Part shown: positions 20,529 through 31,200 of the stretch, piece by piece
Layout: each line of letters begins with the position of its first letter
Position numbering within the stretch: position 1 is the first letter of the stretch
Assembly (NCBI GenBank): GCA_964410865.1
Contig: CAYPIQ010000009.1
Span: 9,585 to 73,584, forward strand
Direction of reading: 5' to 3'
Source: an uncultured Spirochaetales bacterium
GTDB lineage: Bacteria > Spirochaetota > Spirochaetia > JAFGDJ01
Length of the DNA: 64,000 nucleotides
Notes under the pieces: generated by a model
Seen by the model: the letters and a program-made list of their open reading frames with translations, nothing else
Told to the model about the DNA's origin: nothing
Database searches by the model: none
Translations under genes and position numbers: made by a program

Positions 20529-21893
20529 CTACGGAAGCGGCCAGCCGTTACGCCGCCAGAGATCCACCGCTTCCTTCTTCGATTCCTCGTAGACGGCCTC
20601 TTCATCGACATTGAGAAATTCCCCGTCTTTCATGAGCAGTTTGCCGTCCACCATAACACCTTCGACATCGGAGCGTTCGCAGGTGCTCACTATGTAGTTT
20701 TCCACGTTTTCTTCAAAGATTGGCACGGCGCTGCGGTCTTTAAGCATGATGAGATCGGCTTTTTTCCCCTCTTCCAGGGAGCCGATCTCCTTTTCCATCA
20801 GCACGGCCTCGGCGCCCCTGTTGGTCGCCATGGCGAGAACCTCTCCGTCCGGCAGCAGTTCGAGGTCTTCGTACTTGATCCTGTGAATCATCTGGCTTGT
20901 CCGCATGATTTCGAACATGGAATGTGTCTGCCCGTCGGTTCCAAAGCCCACACAGACACCCTCCTTAATAAAGGGCATCATGTCGGGCCAGAACCCGAAT
21001 ATGGCGTTGGATTCGGCGTTATGGGCGATCTTGACGTCATGAGCCTTGAAAATAGCCGGATCACGCCAGACATCCATGTAGGAGCAGTGAAAAAGGAGCA
21101 CGTCAGGGCCCAGGAAGCCGATATCCTCCAGGAATCGCGTCGGTCGCTTCCCATGTTTTCTGGTGGAGTCGAAATTGTGCCAGCGGTCGTCGGCCATGTG
21201 CATCATGATCCCACACCCCAGTCTGTCCGCCTCTTTTCTGGCCCGTATCAGCAGTTCCGGGGGACAGGAAAATGTAGTATGGAGTCCGATTCTGGCGCTT
21301 ACGCGTCCTTTTTTAGGATTCACCTTGTTTACCAGGTTGATATTCTCCTGAAACCCAAGCTCCTGATTCTCCGGGCTTATCCTACCGGTGGTTTCAAAGG
21401 AGAGGATACACCGCATGCCCGATTCCTCCGCCGCCTTCAGGACGTGGTCCATAGCTCCTGGAAGGGCGTAGGAGCCCTCGGCCGTGTCGGTCGTCGTCGT
21501 TATACCGCTGCGGAGGTTTCCCAGCATGTTGGCCAGGGACCCGATGTACATCTGCTGCCGGGTAACCCTGTCTTCGAGCATGGGGTACCAGAACCGCTCC
21601 ATCCACGAGATGAAGGAAAAATCGGAGTCGTCGAATCCGGAAAAGGGGATACTCCGTACCACCGCGCTGTAGAGGTGGCTGTGAAGACTGATGAACCCGG
21701 GGGCGATAATCTTACCCGAGGCATCCACGATTTCAGCATCGGAGTATTTTTTCACGTCGATCGAATCCGCGGGACCGATCTTTTTTATCACATTGTCTTC
21801 AATGTAGATGACTCCGTTCCTGAAAATCCTGTTGTCTCCGTCTTTCGTTACGATAAGGCCGTTTACTACAAGTTTCTTATCCATGCTTTCCAC
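20529..21893 (-). CDS. SsnA-like amidohydrolase (second paralog)
   Basis: 454 aa; GFISLHSHLYSA HxH motif, amidohydrolase fold, paralog of the 14430-15857 gene. Confidence 0.7.
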   Translation of the reverse strand: MESMDKKLVVNGLIVTKDGDNRIFRNGVIYIEDNVIKKIGPADSIDVKKYSDAEIVDASGKIIAPGFISLHSHLYSAVVRSIPFSGFDDSDFSFISWMERFWYPMLEDRVTRQQMYIGSLANMLGNLRSGITTTTDTAEGSYALPGAMDHVLKAAEESGMRCILSFETTGRISPENQELGFQENINLVNKVNPKKGRVSARIGLHTTFSCPPELLIRARKEADRLGCGIMMHMADDRWHNFDSTRKHGKRPTRFLEDIGFLGPDVLLFHCSYMDVWRDPAIFKAHDVKIAHNAESNAIFGFWPDMMPFIKEGVCVGFGTDGQTHSMFEIMRTSQMIHRIKYEDLELLPDGEVLAMATNRGAEAVLMEKEIGSLEEGKKADLIMLKDRSAVPIFEENVENYIVSTCERSDVEGVMVDGKLLMKDGEFLNVDEEAVYEESKKEAVDLWRRNGWPLP

Positions 21894-21899
21894 CCCAAC

Positions 21900-22661
21900 T
21901 CAGCGTAATTCTTTAATACCGAGAGCAGCCCCGGCATTCAGAAAACCGAGGTCGGTATTATAGGCGATCAACCTCATACCCCTGTTCTTCCAGTTCTTCA
22001 ATACATCGAGATTCCCGATGTGCATTCCCGTGTGCACATTGTGCCGGTTGCCGGCTTCCAGGACCTTTTGAAAAATATCACACATAAAGTCTCCGACCAG
22101 GTCGTTGGGAACACCGTAGGATACGGCCATATCGTTGGGTCCGAGAACTGCACCGTCTACCCCCTGGACAGACAGAATATTGTCCAGGTCCTCCATGGCC
22201 GCCTTTCGTTCGATCTGGAGAATGACCATATTCTCTTCATTCGCTTCGCGAACGAAGGTGAGGAGATCACTCCCCCTGTAGTCGTTATGTCCCTTGTTTA
22301 TGGAGCAACCCCGTTCTCCCATTGGCGGGTACTTCGAATATGCCACGGCCTTTTCCGCCTGTTCCCGGGTCTCTATCCTCGGGACCATAAAACCCTGTGC
22401 CCCGGCATCCAGGCACCGGGCGATAAAATGATATTGAAGATCCGGGACCCTCACAAAGGGGGTAATACCGGCTCCCCTGGAAACCTTGATCATATCGGCC
22501 ACCGTTTCCATGGTGTGAGCGCCATGTTCCATGTCGATGAACACAAAATCGTAACCGGCATGCGCCAGCAACATAGGAACGGCGGGAGACCGCAGTTCCT
22601 GTATCATGGTGCCGAGAACAACCTTCCCGTCATTCAATTTTTCACGAACCTTATTTTTCAA
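21900..22661 (-). CDS. HpcH/HpaI-family aldolase (2-keto-3-deoxy-acid aldolase / citrate-lyase-beta-like)
   Basis: Catalytic region FIDMEHG and the overall HpcH-family pattern. Start placed at a TTG (22661) preceded by an AGGAGGTG RBS at a 5-nt spacing; the track ORF (to 22787) would run through the promoter/operator. Confidence 0.7.
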   Translation of the reverse strand: MKNKVREKLNDGKVVLGTMIQELRSPAVPMLLAHAGYDFVFIDMEHGAHTMETVADMIKVSRGAGITPFVRVPDLQYHFIARCLDAGAQGFMVPRIETREQAEKAVAYSKYPPMGERGCSINKGHNDYRGSDLLTFVREANEENMVILQIERKAAMEDLDNILSVQGVDGAVLGPNDMAVSYGVPNDLVGDFMCDIFQKVLEAGNRHNVHTGMHIGNLDVLKNWKNRGMRLIAYNTDLGFLNAGAALGIKELR

Positions 22662-22689
22662 GGTAGCACCTCCTAGTATGTGCAGTTCG

Positions 22690-22740
22690 GGTGTTCTGAA
22701 CACCAGAACACCATTATACACAGATTCCTCAAAAATGCAA
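22690..22740 (-). promoter_or_regulatory. sigma-70-type promoter (TTGCAT-N16-TATAAT) with overlapping palindromic operator (GGTGTTCTG-N5-CAGAACACC, also containing the perfect palindrome GGTGTTC-N1-GAACACC)
   Basis: Read directly on the minus strand: -35 at 22735-22740, perfect -10 at 22713-22718, inverted repeat at 22690-22712 covering the predicted +1; about 30 nt upstream of the aldolase RBS at the head of the 16-gene minus-strand block. Confidence 0.45.
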
Positions 22741-22829
22741 GGTTTTTTTCCGGAAACGCCTTTTTTCTTGCCTCTTCTTCGCACCACCTGGAGAAGTTTT
22801 GCTTCTCGGACTTGAACTCGGGTAAAGCT

Positions 22830-23018
22830 TTACATAATGGAAAGACTCATCCGGCCGTGTCCCTCACATTAAAGGCCTGCCGGGCCGGCATAAGCATCTA
22901 TTTTACCACCATGGAGGATCTGATCGGAAAGCTGAAAAAAGACCATGAGGCCGGTCGCGTGGGGAAAGGCAGAAGTTACCACAAATCGGCGCTGTTGATC
23001 GTTGATGAGGTTGTTTAA
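22830..23018 (+). pseudogene. IS21-family IstB (ATP-binding helper) fragment
   Basis: Residues GKTHPAVSLTLKACRAGISIYFTTMEDLIGKLKK...LLIVDEV match the IstB Walker A/B core (GKTHLAxALG...LLIxDExG) but are truncated at both ends inside a longer junk ORF. Confidence 0.35.
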
Positions 23019-23144
23019 TCTGCTCTCTTTTCTCTTTCATACCGTTGCCGAGTTATTTGATAAACGTTATTTGTTGATCCGAAAATCCCTGCCGAGCCGC
23101 CGGACATTCTTTCATGATGCCCAGGCGTTAACCAAATATTTTTT

Positions 23145-23797
23145 CTACGAAAGCTGGGCGCATCTTCTCAAAACGATTGCTGTCGCGACAATGCCTATTT
23201 TTTTACCTCTTCCGGCTCTAATTTCCTCAAACCTTTGTTTAAGTTCGCCCTCATCCTTTGAGTGAAAAAGGCTCCACGCCGCCTGCACAAATAGAGCACA
23301 AAGAATCGATGGCCCTCGTTTGTGAATGTGCCCGGTTATCATCCTATCCCCCGAGAAGTCTAATCGTTGAACCATCCCCGCATAATTTGTCACTTCAACA
23401 CCGGAAGAAAATCGTGTGCCGTCTCCTATATAGGCCGAAAAAGCCAAGGCTGTTTTTATACCTACCCCGGGAATCGAGAGTAGATACGGCACATCGCTAT
23501 TTCCAGAAAGAATCTCTTTTGTTTTTTTCTCCAATTATTTAAGATCTTCCTCGCATAGGCTGATGTACTTGCACAAGCGTAAAGCTTCTTCCTTAATTTC
23601 CTTCGCAAAATGGTAAAGGTCTGTGATCCAGCTTCTATTCCGATGGTATCATTTTTGTTCAGACATGTGAAAAGCTTCTCCCTCTGTGACTCCACTGTCC
23701 CGAAGGTTAGAAGTTCCAGTTGCGTTTGGTTTTCATCCATGAAGCAAACAGTCATAGATCGTTTCTCCAAATCAATGCCAACATTCCTACCTTTCAT
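23145..23797 (-). mobile_element. IS110-family transposase, split/frameshifted and internally shortened (relic)
   Basis: N-terminal piece (23462-23797) has the DEDD-type start MKGRNVGIDLEK...IGIEAGS. C-terminal piece (23145-23534, different frame) has LLSIPGVGIKTALAFSAYIGDGTRF...NYAGMVQ...KRGPSILCALFVQAAW, typical of the IS110/IS116/IS902 C-terminal domain. The combined length is only about 220 aa against about 340 aa expected. Confidence 0.6.
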
Positions 23798-24095
23798 TCT
23801 TCCCTCCTGTGAACTATAATGAAGGGATAGGAGTCTTTGGTCAGTTTTAAGACTACACGAGTATCCTATTCGCAGTCAGGCCGAGGTTTCGGCCTGCTGC
23901 CCTTATGACTTTCGATGGCCGGCTTTAGTGTAGAATTGCTGCCGAAGTCTATGCTTCGCTCGAAATCTCCTGCTTGCCACCGGCTCCCTAATCCCGTCGG
24001 ATTAAGGATAGTCTTTTAAAACCAACATCGCAAAGAACATGTTACATTACTGATACCGCCTAGAATAACCCCGACGGAAGTGAAAAGTAAAGCTT

Positions 24096-25193
24096 TTAAG
24101 GAGCCGCCTCGTGGATAACGATCCTCTCCACCCGTTCTCCGGATAAATAGAAGGCCAGTATATCCCTTTTAATACCTTCATCCCGGCGAACATAATAGGC
24201 GTATTCTTCCATACCTTCATTACCACCGTAACACGCCGCAATATCCGACGAAGTAGACCCGATGCCGATGCCTCGCCTTGTCCGGAAAGGGGATTGACCG
24301 GATATGATTATCCTGGAAATAGTCCCTCCTTCATCTAACACGGTGAGCCCCTTCAGAAAATAACCTCCTTCCACCGCGGAGAGATCTCCGCCGAAGGTGA
24401 TAACCGTTTCTTCCATGGATCCGCCCAGGGCCAGGGTATTACCCGTCTCTGTGTCGATGCATATGAGATCTTCAGGACCTACATCGCCCCGGGGGGCATC
24501 TTTAAAAAGTGCGGCCCCGGCCTCCGGTGCGGGTATTTTTTCCGGTTTCTGTTCGGCACTATCCGGACCGTTGACCCGGTAGTATCGATACTTCTCGCCG
24601 GGTTGATGTGCCCGCTCATCAAAGGACTTTAAGACTTCCAGGTCCAGGACGTCATCCGGCAAAAGAGTAAGGTACAGAGCGTTATTCCCGGCTTCCGCAC
24701 CGGTTTCGTTCCTGAAGACCAGGAGCACCCGCGTATCGTCGAATCCCGCCGCTTTTTCGATGCCGGTCTCTACATGCCAACCGTACGCGCCAAGCATGAG
24801 CTCCGGGGGTTCGGCACCGAAATCGAATACCAGGTAGCTTTTGGGATTAAACCAGTCCGCCCCCCAGGAAAACTTTCCCTTTCCGTCCCCGAAGGCGTCC
24901 ATGGCCGTGGAATTCTCGATGGTGCTCCAGATTCCGTGTAACCGTTTCCTTATATCCTCGGGCAGCGACAAGGGGTCGATACACTCCACATCACCGAAAC
25001 GCTCCCTGATAACCACGGTTACCGGCGTATCCGGGCCTTCACTCTCCATGTCTTCCGGTATCGCCTGTAGAGGGGCGGTTTCATCGCAAACCTTCTCTTC
25101 CTCTATCGGCTGGGGAGTCTCCTCTCCCGGTTTTGTTCCCCCGCAACAAGCAAGGATACATACAACCATGCACAGACCTGTTATTCTATTCAT
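24096..25193 (-). CDS. lipoprotein of unknown function (co-transcribed downstream of the giant protein)
   Basis: 365 aa; signal peptide with lipobox LACCGG, an acidic Pro/Glu-rich linker, then a globular region; sits 10 nt downstream of the giant ORF stop. Confidence 0.5.
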   Translation of the reverse strand: MNRITGLCMVVCILACCGGTKPGEETPQPIEEEKVCDETAPLQAIPEDMESEGPDTPVTVVIRERFGDVECIDPLSLPEDIRKRLHGIWSTIENSTAMDAFGDGKGKFSWGADWFNPKSYLVFDFGAEPPELMLGAYGWHVETGIEKAAGFDDTRVLLVFRNETGAEAGNNALYLTLLPDDVLDLEVLKSFDERAHQPGEKYRYYRVNGPDSAEQKPEKIPAPEAGAALFKDAPRGDVGPEDLICIDTETGNTLALGGSMEETVITFGGDLSAVEGGYFLKGLTVLDEGGTISRIIISGQSPFRTRRGIGIGSTSSDIAACYGGNEGMEEYAYYVRRDEGIKRDILAFYLSGERVERIVIHEAAP

Positions 25194-25203
25194 ACTTTTC
25201 CTC

Positions 25204-28200
25204 CTAGGCTTCCCACATATCCTGGTACCGGCGGTACCGAAGATACATCAAGTAATACGGATCGTTATTCTCATGCACATCAAAGCGTAACATCTCCAGC
25301 GTCTCGGAGCCGGGGAGATAACCGGTGTAAGAATAGGGGTCATACAGCTCATTTCCGTATACATCCCCTTCCCGGGCATGTTTATTTCCGTTGATCGTTT
25401 TCCCCACAATGATGGCCCCGTCCCGTCCGCCGTCGTTAAAATCAAGTTCACCCATCATCCCCAGTTCGGCAAAGGCGTACCTGGACAAGCCCTCGCGCCC
25501 GAATTCTCCTTTTGTTCCGATACCGTCTCCATCTATATCCAGGAAACCTTCCCGAAGTCCGATTTCGGTAAGGCGGCGAATCTGCCGGGCCGACAGGTTC
25601 GCACCGGCGGCGGTCTGTACGGCCGCAAGGGTTGAAAGATAGTAACACCCGGATTTTCGGATAACATTTTCCGAAACTCCGTTCTGATCTGCAAACAACG
25701 CAATGGAGGGACTTCGCTGTGAAATCTTCCCCAGGTCAACCGCCGTTTCCCTGTCGATATCGAAACTGAGAAGCGATTCCAGGTCCCGGCCGGTCATCGA
25801 AACCATGGGGATGATCGTGTATTCCTTTGCCTCCTCATCCCACATGACGCCGGAACCGGTCATGAGTGCGTAGGCCAGTTCGTCTTCGTCCATTCCTGAA
25901 AGGTCCGTTCCCCCCTCCCGGAGAAACATCTCCGTATAATCGGCCCCTAATATGTTCATCAGTGACCTGCTGAACGACCCGGTCGCATCCGCCTGAAGCA
26001 GATCACCGGCCTCGTTGGTCAAGTCCCTTTTCCCGTCCCAGACAACGGAACCCGAACCGTCCGCATGCACCACCAGTTTCCAGTAATCCGCGGAAGAATC
26101 GTAATGATCGTCCACGTATTCCGCCAGCCGCTGATAATCACCGGTATCCAGGGACCCGAGAACCAGATCGGACTCGGCGGATAGATACCCCGAAGGGTCA
26201 TAACCCCACCCGTAGGTTCCGGCAATAGAGCGGGCCGCCACACTGTGGTAAAGGACAGCCTCCGTTGTTTCGGCAAACTGGTCCAACACCCCGTCTACAA
26301 CCCCGTTCCGGGCGGCTTCGTGGGCCAGCGTTACTCCCAGGAGCAACTGGGCATAGTTGGCGGAACCGTTGTCCGCCAGGTGAATTGTTATGTCGTCCCC
26401 CGAAGCGACGGTATAGGCCGCAGCTCCTTCGGCCCCGTCGAACAGGAGTTCTACGGATCCTGAAATAATATCATCGTAAAGAGCTCCCAAACCGGGGATA
26501 TGTTTCAGGCTTGCCAGGGCTCTCAAGGCGGGAATGTTTTTCGCCGGTACGACGCCCTCAGCCGCGGCCAGCTCCCGTTCCACCGCGTAGGCCCAGAGAC
26601 CGTCAGAGGCCCTCAGCAGCGCGGAGGCGGATACATCGAGGCCGCCGTTTCCTAGGCCGAAGAGGCTCTCCCTGCCGAGGTGCATCTCCAGCAATCCTGT
26701 ACTGAGTAGCCCGTCGGTGAGTCCCGCGGTATTGAGGACATTCAGTGTTGTCTCGCCGGTCAACCCGTATTCCACCAGGGCGCCCGCGGCGCCACCGGCG
26801 AGACGATGCAAACCCCGAAGGTCATCTCCCATGGAACCGTGGTATCCGAACATACTGTTGTCCAGGGCTCGCGCGGCACCCGTGCCCACGGTCCTGCTCA
26901 ACAGGGAAATGCCGATGCCTTCGGACAACTGCTCCCACCTTTCCTCGTCGAAATAGATCGATCCCCCGGTTACATCCATGGCGTGTACCAGGGCGGATCC
27001 GTACATCCGTATCGAATCCGCAGTCATCCCGGTACCGATATCCACGGTTGTGTTCAACAAGCCGGCAACGGCGCCCGAGAAATTGGCATTGATGATATCC
27101 TGAAGGCTTCTCCCGGCCAGGCCACCGAGGTCGGCGGCGCCCGCTCCGAGGCAGCCGGCGGCGGCTTTTTGGCCCAGGCCGAGTAAAACCTGCCCGGGGT
27201 CAAAGCCGTTTCCCGTATCCGCCGCCGCAAACAGGACATCATCGGTAAGGTTCAACAACACCCCGCCGGTTCCCCCGGTAAGCACACCGACCGCCACTCC
27301 TGTGGCAATATCCATGACGTCCCGGTAACTGGGTGCGGCCATCAGGGTATCCGGTTCCCCGTCATTGTCCATATCGTCATCCCACAGCTTGATGTTATAT
27401 GAAGGAACCTGCAAAAGGGCCGCTCCCCTGGCCTGCTGCATCTGCTGCTCGAAAAAAGCCCCGTATATCCTGCCCGTCTCTCCGTACCCTCCGGCGGAGG
27501 CGCTTTCATCGGAGGCCGGCGGCTCCGGGGCAAAACCGACATGAAAATAGAACAATCCTTCCGGAATATCTTCCCGCCCCTCACCGGCTGAATAGGATGC
27601 ACTACTCCATGCCTTTGCTGCAGAGGCGTAGTATTCCTCCAGGGCTCCGGCCAGGTGCCGCGCGTTTCCCGCGGCATCCTCACCTTCGACGGGACCGAAG
27701 ATCATCTCCTGATATTCCTTCAGTCCTTCCCGGGCTGAAGCTATCCGTTGTCTCACCGCGGCGGAAGAGAGGTGTTTCAGAGCCGATGCGGACAGGTCCG
27801 CGGCAGGAACAAATTCCGGGGCTTTGAAATATTCATAGATATCGATTTTCTGTTCCTCGGTCTCCACCCCTCCCATGACACTTTCATCCACGGCCACCCT
27901 ACGGACGTAATGTCCTCCGGCACAGATATAACCACTGGAAAAGAGGGTCGAACCGATGGAGTCTGCTACGCCGTCATTGGCGTTTTCTATACCCAGCTCC
28001 AGCCCGTCCAGCGCGTCGAATAATGCCGCCTTCATCTGGAGAGCCGCCGCCACGGCCGCCTCTTTTGTAATCGTTTCTCTGACCATCCGCCCGTATTCCA
28101 GCATCTTGCGCCGCACCTCGGTTTCCGCCCGGGGGGCGGGCACTTGGGAACGTAACACCACGGATATATCTTCCCCCTGCAAGGTACATGTACGGACTCG

Positions 28201-31200
28201 ATCCATGATATTGTCCAGCCTCCCGGCATCGACCAGCATACTTGTTTCATCCCCCGGGCCTGTTCCCGGATACGGCGGAAGGGATATATCCGGCAGTGCA
28301 ATACGTCGCGTTTCCGGTACCTCCGCTTCAAGCACAAAGGACGCCGCTTCTCCCCTGACCCATTCTTCCGAAGCCCGGTGTATCCATTCATCCCGCCTTT
28401 CCCGGAAACTGGTCGTCTTCCGTTTCCATTCTTCGAGCCCCTCCCTGTAGGCTGTCCCGTATTCTTCCTGCCACCGTATATGCCTGCCCAGGGCGGTCGT
28501 CAGCGAGGCGTTCCACTCGGCGCGTCCTTCTTCTACAAGGGAGGTCATTCTCGTCTCCCATCTGGTCCGCCGCCGTCTAAACATCTCCAGGTCGAGCATC
28601 AGCTCTTGATATTCAAGGTCCGCGGCGTTATCGAAGGCCATCAGAGCCCCGGAGGTAATGGAATCGCCGAGCATCCGCAGCCGGTCCGCTTCCAGGAGAT
28701 CACTTCCGTAAGCATCGAGCCCTCCGGCCAGGTGTTGCAGCCGGGCATATTCGCCCTCCCGGCTCCAGGGGGGGGTAACAAAGAGCCCCGACACACCAGG
28801 TCCTGCATCCTCGACAGGAAAGCTGTCCCGATAGCGGGTATATTCCCCCGCGATGTCCGCAAGAACTTCTTCCACCCGGTGGTTGTATGAAAGGTTAAGC
28901 CGGTGCAACCCTTGCCGCCGGATTTCCTCCATTCGGGAGAGCACATCCCGCAGATCATGAAAAACATCTTCATCGGCACAGGCTCTGCTTACAGTTTCTT
29001 CGATTTCATCGGTCCACTGTAGATAATCGGTGTACACCTCGCCCCCGGCTTCCGAGGCCAGGGCGTTCAGGCAGTCCCGGATTTCCTCCGCCCCGGAGAG
29101 CTCCCCGCCCAGAACCGCGGACAATTCATCTTCCAGCTCGTACCTGGCATCCCTCTTGGAGATATATTCAGCCATGGAATCGAATAATTCCCGTCGATCG
29201 ACCAGTGTTATTCCCGAATAATCTTTTACTTCCTCGATAATCCCCTGAAGCCTGGAAGCCTTGACCTTCTCTTCCACCGCCGCCCCCGCGATCATTGCGG
29301 CCTGGGCTAGCATGGCTATACCGGCGGGAATGCTCACCACAGCGGCTATCAGGGCGGCTCCGGTGACCGCGTAACCCGAGGCGATGATACCGAGGGCGGT
29401 GGCCGCCTCCCGGGCATTCCCCATCCGGGCGGTCACATCCGGCAGTGCTGCGGCGTATCCGGCTTCCCTGAATTCCTGGAGAACCAGATTCCGCATCGGC
29501 ACACTGAACAGGCCGCCTTGCATCAGCACCCGGAACCCGGCATAGGCTGCCGTTCCGCGCATGGCGTTCCAGGCTTCATTTCCGGTATGCTCGTAGATGT
29601 ATTCCTCCGTAACCGGAGGGTTCCGGGTTTCTTCGAAGAGTCTCCGCAGTGCCGAATCATCACCGGGAGCGTTAAAGAGACGCCTCGTCTCATCATCCTC
29701 GCCGATATATTCCGCCGGCGAGAGAATATCCCACTTTGTACCCCGGGCTTCGTAGGAATAGGCAAGCATACACTGTTTGAGGCATTGGTCACCCCCGGCT
29801 GCCAGGGAATCGATCCAGGTATCGAGAAAAGCGGCGTCCACGGGGACGGGAGATTGCTCATCCTGGAACATGCCGGCCAACTCTTCCAGAGTATATTCCG
29901 TATACACACTCATGTCGACACCTTCGGAATCTCCGGCCGGATCATAGTCCTCCGGCAGGTCGAAGAGATCCTGCAGTTCACCTTTCATCAGCTCGTTCGC
30001 GTCCGCGACCATCTCCGCATTGTCGGCTACCTTCTCTTCGAGGATTTCCTGCAGCCGGCAATACAAGAAGAGTTCCTGTGATTCCCGCTCGATGTCCCCG
30101 GCCAGGGAAGAAAGAACCTGGTCATGAATGAGATGGTCCTGGGCACCGGAGGCCAGGGATGAAAGTGTGTCGATTGATGTCTGCACCCCGGTATACTCGG
30201 CGAGGAGCTCTTCCAGGTGCTTCCGGGGAGAAGACCCGCCGTCCTCGTATCCGCAGACCGCGTACTCGAATATCTCCCTGGCCTGCTGCCGTTCGAGCAG
30301 CGCGTCCCTGTACCGGTCATACAAACCGGTAACCCTCCCCCTGCAGTCTGATGAATCCGTCAGGCACTCATCCAGGTCCGAAAGGGTACGGGTCACCACT
30401 TCCATGGCCGTATCGTATGCCTCATCAGCAGCCGACAACTCTTCTTCCGCCGGTAAAACCGTTTTCTCATACAGTTCGGCGGCATCGTATTCATCCATCA
30501 GGTCCAGGGTTTCACGGCAGCGAAGCAGTTCTTCAACCAGCCGGGCCCCCTCGGCCTCCACTGCCGAAGGGTCTTCGTACCCGGACACCGCTTCAGGGTC
30601 CCGGGCTTCAATGGCGGAGGTAAGGACCTGCATAACCGCGTCATGGACGGTAAAGTGATATTCCTCTCCGTCATGGTCTATACAAAAGGAATGAAACCCC
30701 GACGGCTCAGCCAAGCCCTTGGCCCGGTTCAATACATCCAGCATTGTTTCGAGTTCAACGAGCCGGGAGCGTTCCACCTCCACTTTTCCCCCGGCCGCTG
30801 CAACCGCGGCCGTCCGGGCCGCTTCGGCACCTCCGTATCCCTGGTATACGGCCTTGCACATTTCCCTTTCAAAAAGCCCGCTCAATACCTGCCGATCCTC
30901 GAGACGGTCGAGGTACTCTTCCAATTCACCGTCGATATAACGGCAGTATTCCGGCAGCAGATGCCCCTCCATGAAATCGTCGAACATGTTTGCGTATACC
31001 GCATCCTCCGTCGCGGCTAGGCGGTCCAGTTCCGTTTGGGCTTCCCGCTCCAGTTGTTCGATATCCGAAGAGAGCTGCTCGATACTACGGGTACACTCCT
31101 GGATTTCCGCTTCCAGTACCCGTACATCCGCCGCGGTATCCCATTCCTCCACTTTTGACGTCAGATACATCCGGGCACATCGCCGGTAGAACCCCGGCTC

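Noticed and set aside
22020-22676. 218-aa plus-strand ORF opposite the HpcH aldolase gene
   Set aside because: Antisense to a well-supported CDS and lacks motifs; the upstream part of the minus-strand track ORF (22662-22787) was also rejected in favour of the TTG start with a strong RBS, because it would read through the promoter -10/-35 and operator
26500-27000. LAHEAARNG sequence in the giant protein as a possible HExxH zinc-protease site
   Set aside because: The fifth residue is Arg, not His, and there is no downstream Glu/His third ligand pattern; not a metzincin or gluzincin motif
29518-30081. Many long plus-strand ORFs (for example 29518-30081, 30128-30658, 32003-32581) inside the giant gene
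   Set aside because: All are antisense to, or frame-shifted within, one continuous 8.9-kb minus-strand ORF in high-GC DNA, where spurious stop-free frames are expected; they have no RBSs or recognisable motifs
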